Made by a program: the position numbers and the translations under genes. A DNA stretch of 64,000 nucleotides. Source: Myxococcota bacterium. Its GTDB lineage: Bacteria > Myxococcota_A > SURF-8. How positions within the stretch are numbered: position 1 is the first letter of the stretch; each line of letters opens with the position of its first letter. Of this stretch, positions 38,201 to 46,500 are shown one piece after another. The stretch lies in NCBI GenBank assembly GCA_965140415.1, contig OZ223209.1, forward strand, positions 992,001-1,056,000, in the 5' to 3' direction. The notes beneath the pieces were generated by a model, which searched no databases, was not told where the DNA came from, and saw only the letters and a list, made by a program, of their open reading frames with translations.

Positions 38201-40242
38201 GTCAGGTAATACGCATACAGTTCCATGGGACCGGCCAAATCGGGAGAGAGATCGAGGTTGCCCATACCGTGACCGTCCTGCAATTCAACAGTGCTCATCA
38301 GCATTGTCTGGCCATTTACAATCACATCCAGGTAGATCCGGTCGGGCAGCAATTCCGGTTGTGTCAGGTCCGGTCGATTGGCGACGATGATTTCCGGTCG
38401 AATCGTTTCTCCGACATCGTAAATCGCTTTCAATAAACGCATCATGACGTAGCTGTTGGCCATTTCCGCTTCGAAGGAGAAAGATCGATTCAAGGCATAT
38501 CCCGCCACCGTTGCTTTCACTTGAATCGATGTATTCACATTTTCAGGAGTGTATTCGAACACCGCCATCCCAAGTGCACCGACTTCGACCTCGAATTCAT
38601 TCGAATCCGCAGAAATGGTGCAGGTCGCCGAAAGTGGTCTACCTGCCGGATCGGATAGCAGCAGGAAAAATCGCTGCGATTCTCCCTGAATGATACGGCC
38701 TGCTTCCGGTACCAGGTTTACCATTACCGGTTCGGCCACAACCTGAACCGAACGATTGAGAACCTGGCTGTGCATGGCGGCATCCGTTACCGAGATTTCC
38801 AGAAAAACGCGCGCCTTTCCCTGATCCAGTTCGCTGCCGACGAAATATGCGGGTAGATCGAGTTGGAAGGAGTAGGAGCCGTTTTCGTCCATCGTGCCGT
38901 CGATGGTGGTGAAATCCACCATTTCCACATCGTACTTACGCGCCACGATGTGTACCTTGCCGGAAGAAACCGGTTTTCCGTAGAAATATTCGGACGAAAT
39001 CGTTCCGGTCAGCCTTTCGCCCGGTTGGTAAAAACTTTTATCGGCGTTAAACGCGATTTTGAATCGAGGCAGGGTGTAGTTATCGACGGTTACGGTTTTT
39101 TCAGAAAGGATCGTTCCGGAGTTGCCCTGTATGTAGGCCCTGATCGTGTACTTTCCTAAATCAACCAACTCGGCAAGGCGGAAACTGGTTGCCGCCACAC
39201 CGTATTCACTGGTTTGTTGGGTGTCTCTGAACAGCTTGTTTCCCTTGCTGTCTACGATTTCAATAGTTATATCCTGATTGCTTAACGGCAACTGATGGGG
39301 CACCTTCAATGCCAGAGTGCGGACGTGCATCGTCTGTCCGGGTTGATAGAAAGGCTTATCCGTAGTAACCAGGATCCGGCTTTCGCGAACCACGATTACA
39401 GGTGCGGACAAGGTCTGCTGACCATGGCTATCCGAATCCACTACGATATTGAGCGTATATTGCCCATCCAGTTCCGAGGGCACATCGAGAGGCACGGTTG
39501 CAATGCCGAATGAATCCGTTTGCACGGTCATCGACTGCAATATGGAATTCCCTTCTTTCAACTCGACAGCGACCGATACATCGGCCATGGGTTGCTGGGT
39601 ATCCGGATCTTGTGCAAGAATTCGGTAAACGGTCTGTTCGCCTTCCAACAGATTATCGGACCCCATCGCCTTTGCCTGAATTTTGGGTGCGAGCATGAAA
39701 TAGGATACCTTGCCGGAAAGTACGACATCTCCCCAACTCGCCTCATAAGCCAGCAGGTAGCTTTCGATTTCCTCCGGTAATGTAGGACAAGCGCCGAGTT
39801 CGACCATGACCTTCTGTTCGCCGCGTTGAATCTCATAACTCATCGCGCTTGAACGATTCGCCAGTTCATCGCCGTTCAAATCCAGAAATGTCGTTTCGAT
39901 TCGGATTGTTTGCTTGGATTTGTTTTCCATACCGATGGGCATTTTCAGGTAACATTGCTCATTGTCCATCGCCAGTTCGAAACGGCTTTCATAAATGGTG
40001 ATGTCTTCTGCCGTCGGGTCAAGGATTTCCGGTGTGTCGCTGATGTGAGGTAGATCCGGGTTGCTGTGAATGTCCGGATTCCCATCGCCATCGCTTCCAT
40101 GGACATTGACCCAATCGCCATCGCTGCTGTCGCCATCGGGTAACAGGTAATCCGACGGCGAATCATCCGCGCAAGCCGGTAAGAAAAATAGCAGCACAAA
40201 AACGGTATATACAATTGCTTTCATTTTACTGGGTGTCTGCAT
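35287..40242 (-). CDS. Alpha-2-macroglobulin / thioester-containing lipoprotein
   Basis: TDKPFYQPGQ MG2 domain, RSWFPET, PDSITTW, thioester GCFEQ (36730-36744), STTQGT; lipobox LPAC. Confidence 0.92.
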   Translation of the reverse strand: MQTPSKMKAIVYTVFVLLFFLPACADDSPSDYLLPDGDSSDGDWVNVHGSDGDGNPDIHSNPDLPHISDTPEILDPTAEDITIYESRFELAMDNEQCYLKMPIGMENKSKQTIRIETTFLDLNGDELANRSSAMSYEIQRGEQKVMVELGACPTLPEEIESYLLAYEASWGDVVLSGKVSYFMLAPKIQAKAMGSDNLLEGEQTVYRILAQDPDTQQPMADVSVAVELKEGNSILQSMTVQTDSFGIATVPLDVPSELDGQYTLNIVVDSDSHGQQTLSAPVIVVRESRILVTTDKPFYQPGQTMHVRTLALKVPHQLPLSNQDITIEIVDSKGNKLFRDTQQTSEYGVAATSFRLAELVDLGKYTIRAYIQGNSGTILSEKTVTVDNYTLPRFKIAFNADKSFYQPGERLTGTISSEYFYGKPVSSGKVHIVARKYDVEMVDFTTIDGTMDENGSYSFQLDLPAYFVGSELDQGKARVFLEISVTDAAMHSQVLNRSVQVVAEPVMVNLVPEAGRIIQGESQRFFLLLSDPAGRPLSATCTISADSNEFEVEVGALGMAVFEYTPENVNTSIQVKATVAGYALNRSFSFEAEMANSYVMMRLLKAIYDVGETIRPEIIVANRPDLTQPELLPDRIYLDVIVNGQTMLMSTVELQDGHGMGNLDLSPDLAGPMELYAYYLTPEGQIIRDSRVIYVRQASDLSVSMATSQSQYRPREEAQITMQVEDLNGDPVQAGLGVTIVDEAVFALQEYQPGMERTYFQLEQEIMNPTYEIHGFSPSDLYGGEPEDPEEQDDLDQRAQAYFAANGTAQTYAVNMDSFERVRINFNNVCSSTVSRLVRKLIAQQVGESCTPSNLDVDALVESLSDCSACDPWGNPIKWDFYNRGWAVQVKALSAGPDEVFGTEYDIQVTHEFCEDYYNTADGDSWVTDGDACADGDYDSGNGTTASTHLRSWFPETLLVEPNLITASDGTVDLSVTMPDSITTWRLTALANTTDGQLGSMTDGILVFQDFFVDIDFPTFLTQNDEVYLPLAIYNYLPQSQTIQLMAEAEDWFEPLDGLSKSVEVGANQVVGIYFPIRVLKIGQQSMTLWAEGTEMQDAVQRQVTVRPDGVERTASQSDWLEESLSLQLTIPDRAIEDSESLFVKIFPGLLSQAVEGLDSMLRMPGGCFEQTSSSTYPNILVLQYLVETDQLTPEIELKARDYISQGYQRLLTFEVDGGGFEWFGNTPAHTVLTCYGLMEFIDMAKVHAIDANLIPRTAAWLAQKQSSDGSIPPSSGGISEGAINNYQGSVLRTTAYVTWALSRSGLQASAVSSAANFLLSHIDEAEDTYTQAMVAMALVSAGYEQNGSLRSLITSIVNAKQQDESDGYFWTQDAATETYSTGPNAVLETTALIGLMLLEDGLNQDVVNGIINWLVRQKDSFGNWSTTQGTVLALRLMIASMGSRLESADAVITVSANGGTETELVVTSDTIDLMRLVDLGEQVVPGDNQIDIDFGGSGRLMYQATASWYEPGEEIPDEQGPLTIDVAYDRTSLEVNDLLGVTVTIDNVSESNVAMVLASVGLPPGFDLVSTALDERISQGGVLTRYETTPHQILFYINEIASGGQVTIGYELLARWPMDASSGEACVYPYYNPENKSEQQSQVITVNEVM

Positions 40243-40384
40243 GGCTCCCTCCTGCCAGAAAATGGTTAGATATCCAAAGTCCTTTGAAAGCGAGGTCACC
40301 TACACACCTCGACCCTCAGCGATGTTCGTTCTACCGACATATATTTCAGACTGTCGTGTTCATCTCAGTTCTTACTGGATACTT

Positions 40385-40400
40385 TGCAAGTCTTGCGCCA
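40385..40400 (-). promoter_or_regulatory. Sigma-54 (-24/-12) promoter of the macroglobulin gene
   Basis: Minus strand TGGCGCAAGACTTGCA with exact GG-N10-GC spacing. Confidence 0.7.
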
Positions 40401-40477
40401 AAAGGATGTGTATGAGAAAAACGTATTGATATTAGTGTAATAAAAGGTTTGTCCTGTGATTCGGAAAAGCGCGAGTA

Positions 40478-40522
40478 TGACAATAATGTCACTTGTAGGT
40501 ATTGGTCACGACAGAAGTGTCA
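40478..40522. promoter_or_regulatory. Tandem palindromic sites TGACA-N4-TGTCA / CGACA-N4-TGTCA
   Basis: Two sites 31 bp apart, ~80-120 bp upstream of the sigma-54 motif. Confidence 0.55.
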
Positions 40523-40756
40523 TTCTTTTTCACTGTTTCGTAGACAGCTTAGATCCGTTTTCTTTAACGATTGTTTCTGCCCTTGGAAGACGAAAAGCCG
40601 CCTTTCTCATGCTGGCCGATTATCGATACGGTCATGAGACGAATTCATTATTATATCTAATAAGTTAGCTCATCTCGCCGCATTTTTGCCGGTTAGCCGT
40701 GGCATGAAATTCGAGACGGGGGCTTTGTCCGTTTTCGGTTAGGAATTGCCTGACTA

Positions 40757-40784
40757 TTGACATTGGGGAAAATTGCGGTATAAC
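40757..40784 (+). promoter_or_regulatory. Sigma-70-like promoter
   Basis: TTGACA-N16-TATAAC upstream of the KS III gene. Confidence 0.55.
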
Positions 40785-41013
40785 TCGAATAGTTAACGAT
40801 CCGCAGCAAGCCTGCCGGACTGTATGGGACCGCTTCGTGAGGATAGCCGACCAACGGACACCTCGCTTACCAACTTTCAACCATCACGGAAACCGGACAC
40901 CGCCTGGTGGTCAACGGTGTGTTTCCGTAGTACGACTCATGTTGGCGCTCGCGCAGGTAGTAAACGAATAAACGAGTACATGGGGAAATCGAAGTAGCAG
41001 TAAGGAGCCGATT

Positions 41014-42069
41014 ATGGAAGTAGCCTCGAAAATCATCGGACTGGGAGCGTACATTCCCGAACGTGAAATCACGAACGACGACGTTTTGCAGATGTTGAAA
41101 GATCACAGCGCCGCCTATATGCACAATGGCGATCTTGAAGCGCTGATGGGTAAAGCTGCCGCCACATTGAATAAGGCCGGCAATGTCACTCGTTATTGGT
41201 GCCGACCCGATCAATACACCACCGACATCGCCCGTATCGCTTCCGAGCGCGCCATGGAACATGCCGGAATCGCTGCGGATGAAATCGATCTGATCATTTA
41301 TACCGGCATGAGCAAGGCATTTGTCGAACCGGCTACCGCGCACGTGCTGCGCGACGAGTTGAAAGCCTATAACGCCAATGTTATCGATACTCAGGACGCC
41401 TGCACCAGCGTGATGAAGTCGGCTCAGATTGCCGATGCACTGATCAAGACCGGCGCGTATCGCACCGTATTGATTGCCGTAGGCGAGCGCAGCTTCGACT
41501 GGGCGGATTTCCGCTGTAAAACGATAGAGGAATTGAGCTGGAAAATCGGTGCGTTGACCATTGGTGACGCAGCCGGGGCGGTGATTATGCAGCGCACCGA
41601 AGAGGCGGTATACTGTGAGAATCCCAAGCATATGCAGTTCTACTCGCATATTATGCCCGGCACGTTTGCAACCTGCCACATCGGCTTGAATCATCGTATT
41701 GGCGACCGCTACCGCTTGTATTCCCACGCCAGTAACCTGGTACGCACCGGTTTGACGGCCATTCTGGAACTGCTGCCGGAAGTGTTGAATCAGCCGGGTT
41801 GGGAAAATCTGACATACGAAAACCTGTTTATTCACGATATCGGAAAGATCATCGATATCCTGGTGTTGCCTGCTTTGAAAGAAGCCCAGGTGCATATCCC
41901 GGATACCTATAAATCCTTCTACGACCGGTACGGCAATGTCGGCAGTGCCAGTATTTCCGTGCAGTTATGGGAGGCCATGAAAGACGGGCGCATGCAGCGC
42001 GGTAATTTGTCGGCCTGCATTTTCCCGGCGGCGGGTGTCCAGGCAGGGATCTGGATGTTCGTATACTAA
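41014..42069 (+). CDS. 3-oxoacyl-ACP synthase III-family (FabH/OleA-like) condensing enzyme
   Basis: Cys-His-Asn triad: DACTS, FIHDIG, GNVGSAS; GDAAGA. Confidence 0.85.
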   Translation: MEVASKIIGLGAYIPEREITNDDVLQMLKDHSAAYMHNGDLEALMGKAAATLNKAGNVTRYWCRPDQYTTDIARIASERAMEHAGIAADEIDLIIYTGMSKAFVEPATAHVLRDELKAYNANVIDTQDACTSVMKSAQIADALIKTGAYRTVLIAVGERSFDWADFRCKTIEELSWKIGALTIGDAAGAVIMQRTEEAVYCENPKHMQFYSHIMPGTFATCHIGLNHRIGDRYRLYSHASNLVRTGLTAILELLPEVLNQPGWENLTYENLFIHDIGKIIDILVLPALKEAQVHIPDTYKSFYDRYGNVGSASISVQLWEAMKDGRMQRGNLSACIFPAAGVQAGIWMFVY

Positions 42070-42097
42070 AGTATCGAGTTTTACTTGATTTTCATAC

Positions 42098-42130
42098 GGC
42101 GGGGCGGGTGCTGATCCGCTCCGCTTTTTC
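42098..42130 (+). terminator. Rho-independent terminator
   Basis: GCGGGGCGG..CCGCTCCGC-TTTTT. Confidence 0.6.
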
Positions 42131-42157
42131 ATTCCTTCACACACCGAAAGGACGCCC

Positions 42158-42904
42158 ATGAGTGCTGTCATCGCCGGACTCGTAACCCTGTTTTTTACGG
42201 CGCTATTGACGGTCAGTGGTGTGGGGGCGGCCTTTATTCTGATTCCGGTTTTCGTGGCGTTACAGGTCGAGGTGCATCAGGCCATGGCCACCGCGCTATT
42301 ACTGAATGCCATCGCCATGAGTGCGGCCAGCGCCTGGTTCATCCGTAAAAAGCTGGTGGTATTCGAAATTGCTGTGCCCATGCTCTTGATGGGTTCCGTT
42401 ACCGCGCCGATTTGCGCCTATGCCAGCAATTATATCAATCGTACACCGCTGTTATGGATGTTTGCCCTGTTCTGCGTCATTGCCGGTCTGATGATGCTGT
42501 TGTTCACACCCAAACCGCGAAACGAGGGTATGAGCCGGAAAAAGCTGATCCTCATCGGCCTGATTATGGGATTTATCTCCGGTATCGGCGGTGGTTTATT
42601 GGGCGTGGGCGGCGGAAATATGATCGTTGCCGTATTGATCGTGCTGGGGCTGGAGGCGAAAAAGGCGACCGCGACCACGGCCTTTATCGTTATCTTCGTT
42701 TCCTTCGCCGGATTCCTGGGGCACGTGCAAACGGGAGTCGCCGAGGGAGCTATTCTGGCCGTGGCGGCAGGATGCGCGCTCGTCGGAGCGCTGATCGGAG
42801 CCTGGTTGATGACCGACAAACTCGCGGCTGGACAGGTGAAGCGGGTGATCGGCGGCGTGCTGCTCTTCATTGCAACCAAGGTCATATGGGATCTGGTGGT
42901 CTAG
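42158..42904 (+). CDS. Sulfite exporter TauE/SafE-family permease
   Basis: SGVGAAFILIP, GGLLGVGGG, multiple TM helices. Confidence 0.85.
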   Translation: MSAVIAGLVTLFFTALLTVSGVGAAFILIPVFVALQVEVHQAMATALLLNAIAMSAASAWFIRKKLVVFEIAVPMLLMGSVTAPICAYASNYINRTPLLWMFALFCVIAGLMMLLFTPKPRNEGMSRKKLILIGLIMGFISGIGGGLLGVGGGNMIVAVLIVLGLEAKKATATTAFIVIFVSFAGFLGHVQTGVAEGAILAVAAGCALVGALIGAWLMTDKLAAGQVKRVIGGVLLFIATKVIWDLVV

Positions 42905-42989
42905 GTTTCTATTCTTGCTCTTCTTTCCGAGTCCTATTAGAATATCAAGTTGAAACAGGGTGTTACCTTTACCAAAGGAGGGCAGGGCG

Positions 42990-43455
42990 ATGTCTACGAC
43001 CGCTGCCATGCGCGTATTGAAGCAGAAGAAAATTCCATTTGAACTGCGTGAATACGATCATAAAGTCAAAGGTGCCGAATTCGCGGCGCAGGCGCTGAAC
43101 TGGCCCTTGTCCGCCATGGTGAAAACGCTGGTCGTCAAGTTGGATGGTAAAAGTTATATCCTTTGCTGTATGCCGGGAAACCGGGAGTTGTCGCTAAAAA
43201 AAGTTGGCGCGGGCGGCAGGAGTGAAGAACGCAAGCATGGCGAGTACGGAGGAAGCCGAAAAGGTCACAGGTTATCTGGTTGGCGGTATCAGTCCGTTCG
43301 GAACGAAGAAGGCGCTGCCGGTATGGTTTCACGAGTCGATTCCGGTTTTGGAGCGGATCGGAATCAATGCCGGGCGACGCGGCTGTATTCTTTTCCTGAA
43401 TCCTGCCGATGCCGTGACGGTATTGAAGGCGCAGGTTTGCGATCTGGCCATGTAG
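42990..43455 (+). pseudogene. ybaK: YbaK/EbsC aminoacyl-tRNA deacylase, frameshifted at an A7 run
   Basis: Frame 1 gives VKTLVV..ELSLKK; the next frame continues LARAAG..TGYLVGGISPFG..NAGRRG; one extra A in 43196-43202. Confidence 0.8.
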
Positions 43456-43484
43456 TAAAATTCCCTGTTTGTGTCAGTGCAAGA

Positions 43485-43516
43485 AAAACGAAACGGCCCG
43501 CATCTCGCGGGCCGTT
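43485..43516 (-). terminator. Terminator between ybaK and the giant gene
   Basis: AACGGCCCGC-ATCTC-GCGGGCCGTT with a T-rich tail on the minus strand. Confidence 0.7.
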
Positions 43517-43549
43517 GATCGTAGAAAACATGAAATTGTATCGCCGGAA

Positions 43550-46500
43550 TCAGGGGTAGATTTCCCCGCTGGTTCCGTTGGCACCGTTGTTGGAAGTATT
43601 GGGCGAACTACCACCGGTTCCCGGAATTCCAACCGAGTAGGTATTGGATTGCAAACTGGGAGCGCTGCTGCCTGATTTGTAGATGGCGTAGACATTGCCG
43701 CCCGCGCCGCCACCACCGTGACCGCCGTTGCCGCCCTGTCCGCCGCTGCCGCCGTCGCCGCCGTCGCCAGCGCCATCGCGACCGTTTCCGCCTTGACCGC
43801 CGCTGCCGCCCGAGCGTCCCTGGCCACCCTGTCCGCCGTTGCCGCCGTTGCCACCATTGCCGGTGATGATTTCGCAATCGTGCAGGGATGGAGAAGAGTC
43901 GATCAGGAAGACGCCGAACACGCCGCCACCGCCGCCGCCTCCGCGAGCCGCAGTGCCACCGCAACCCGCTCCGCCGCCGCCGCCGCCGCCAGCGCCTTCA
44001 TCCCAGCCGGAATCGCCGAAACCGCCGCCGCCGCCGGAACCGGAATCGCCGTTTTGACCCGCCGTCCCGTCCGTGCCGCCATTGGCGACCCAAAGCCCGC
44101 TGTCGTCCAGATAACCGCTGTTAGAGCCGCCCTGGCCATCCGAACCGTGACGGTTGCCGGCACCGCTGCCGCCGTTGTTGCCATCCCGGTCGGTGTAGCG
44201 TCCGCCCGAGCCCCCGGCTGGACCCGAGCCGCTGCTGCCGTTATCCGTTCCCAAATAGCTTCCGGCCCAGCCTCCGTATCCACCGCTGTAGCCGCTTCCG
44301 CAAACACTAAAGCCACCCACGCCCGGGTCACCGCCGTTTAGGTTGCAGTTGGAACAATCCGTTTCGCCGTCGGTTCCACGACCGCCGCCGCAGTCGAGCG
44401 TGCTACAGGAACTGTCGCCGTTGCGATCCTCAGAATCCACTTCGCACTGTCCGTTCTGGTTCGCATCCCAGCAAAATGCTCCGTTAATTCCGGAACTTCC
44501 ATTTTGACCGACGTAGCCATCCACAGCGGTGATTCGGCAGTGATCGAGTTTCAACTGGTTGTTACTGTTTCGAATTACAAGACCGTAGCTGCTGCGCCCA
44601 TACTGCAAGCCACCGATTGTATTTAAAAACGCGACTTTCTGTAAGATGGTTTCCTGTTGAATGTTCTCGATGGATTGGCCGATGTAGGTGCTCGACTGGA
44701 AGACGCTGTAGTCGCCGCTGACGCGGGACCATGCGAAATTGCGGTCGTCGTATCCGCCGTACATGTGAACGCCGGCGCGAATGGTAAAGGTCTGATTGTA
44801 ATAACCGCTACCGATGATCAGGTATTTTTTCGGGTTGGATGCATTGGCCAGCAGAATCGCTTCCTCGATGTCGTTCATCGGTTCGGTCGGCGTTCCCGCG
44901 GCACCGGCATAGCCGTATTCGATGGAAACGAAGATCGCCCGTTCCACTTCACCGTCGACGCCGTCGCAGTCGGTGTCGATGCCGTCCATATCCGGAACAT
45001 CTTCCTGGCCGTCGTCCACACAGAAGTATTCACAACCATTTAACCAGTTTTGGTCGAGATTGAGATAGTTGTCCTCGCAGGTATAGGTGCACTCACCGTC
45101 GGTACAGTGGCGGATGCTGTGATCGCGAGCAGGGCAGGGCGTACAGGAGTCGCCGCAGCTGTCCGGCGATTCGTCGCTGACGCACTCCGTGCCACAAAGG
45201 TGATAGCCATTATTGCACATTTTTCCGCACACGATTCCATCGCAGGTTGCGGTGCCGTTGACAACAAGCGGGCAGGGGTCGCAGGAATCGCCGCAATGCT
45301 CGACATCGCCGTTGAACACGCAGCTTTCTTCTCCATCGATCGTACAGGTGTGATATTCCTGATTACAGGTATATACACAGTTCTGACCGTTGCAGCTTAC
45401 GCTGGCGTGTTCGCGTTGCGGGCAGGGATCGCAGGAATCGCCGCAGTGGTTGACGTTGTAGTCGTACACACAGCCGACGGAACCCAGGTTGTCCGGGCAT
45501 TCGTGGTAGGCGGTGTTGCAGGTCAACGTACATTGTTGGCTGACACAGGACATCGTTCCGTTGGCCACGACCGGGCAAGGCGTGCAGCGGTCGCCGCAGC
45601 TATTGACGTCGTAGTTGCTTACACAGTTGCCGTAGCAGTCGTGCGTTCCGCTCAAGCATTCATATCCGCAGTAGATGCCATCGCAGGTAGCATAAGAATT
45701 GGCCGGTGTTTCGCAGGGATAGCAGCGAGTGCCGCAGGTAAGCGGGCTGTTGTTGCTGACACATTGACCGAAGCAGTCGTGATGGCCAGACAGGCATTCG
45801 TAACCGCATTCGCCGCCGGAACAGGTGGCTACACCGTTTTCCGGTGTAAAACAGCTTACACAGTCCAACCCGCAGCATTGCGGTGTTTCGTTGGAGACAC
45901 AGCTTTGCGTTTCTTCATCGACATGGTAGCCGATCTGGCAACTCAGTTCGCATCCGTACACGCCGCTGTCTTCCACGCACAACCAGTCGCCATGGGTCGG
46001 GTCGCCGTATTCGGAGTAGCAGTCCAGATGCGAGGGACCGCAGTCGTTGGGATCGGAGGGAATCACGCAACTGTTGTTGTAGCGCACGTAGTCGGTGTCG
46101 CAGGTGAACGAGCAGAAAAAGATCGAGCCGTTGAAATCGCAACTCGCCTGGCTGTGATCGGGCTGCGGGCAGGGGGTGCAGCGTGTTCCGCAGTGGTTGA
46201 AGTCGTTGTCGGTTACACAGTCGTCGCCGCAGCTATGGGTTCCTGCCTGGCAACTGTAAACACATTGCGAATTGATGCAGTACCAGTCTGCGTTTTCGTG
46301 TTCGGCGCAAAGATCCTGGGCGTCGTCGGGTACGCCGTTACAGTCTTCATCCAGACCGTTGCAGACTTCCGGTTGCGAGGCGTCCTGGCTGCCGCCCGGA
46401 CCGGTGGAGCAGATCCGTTGTTGCGGGTCGTTCGCGTTGCATTCCCATACGCCGGAGGGGCACAAGCCCGGATTGCTGCAAATGCCGCCTAACTCGAAAT

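Noticed and set aside
40867..41895. 342-aa minus-strand ORF
   Set aside because: Shadow of the KS III gene; no recognisable motifs
42960..43559. 199-aa ORF as a complete protein
   Set aside because: C-terminal part is out-of-frame read-through after the ybaK frameshift
43550..44340. PE_PGRS gene or horizontally acquired high-GC island
   Set aside because: High GC is explained by the Gly-rich tail of the giant lipoprotein; no PE domain
45050..46492. 480-aa plus-strand ORF (also 56181-57128)
   Set aside because: Ala/Val-rich antisense frames of genuine GC3-biased minus-strand genes
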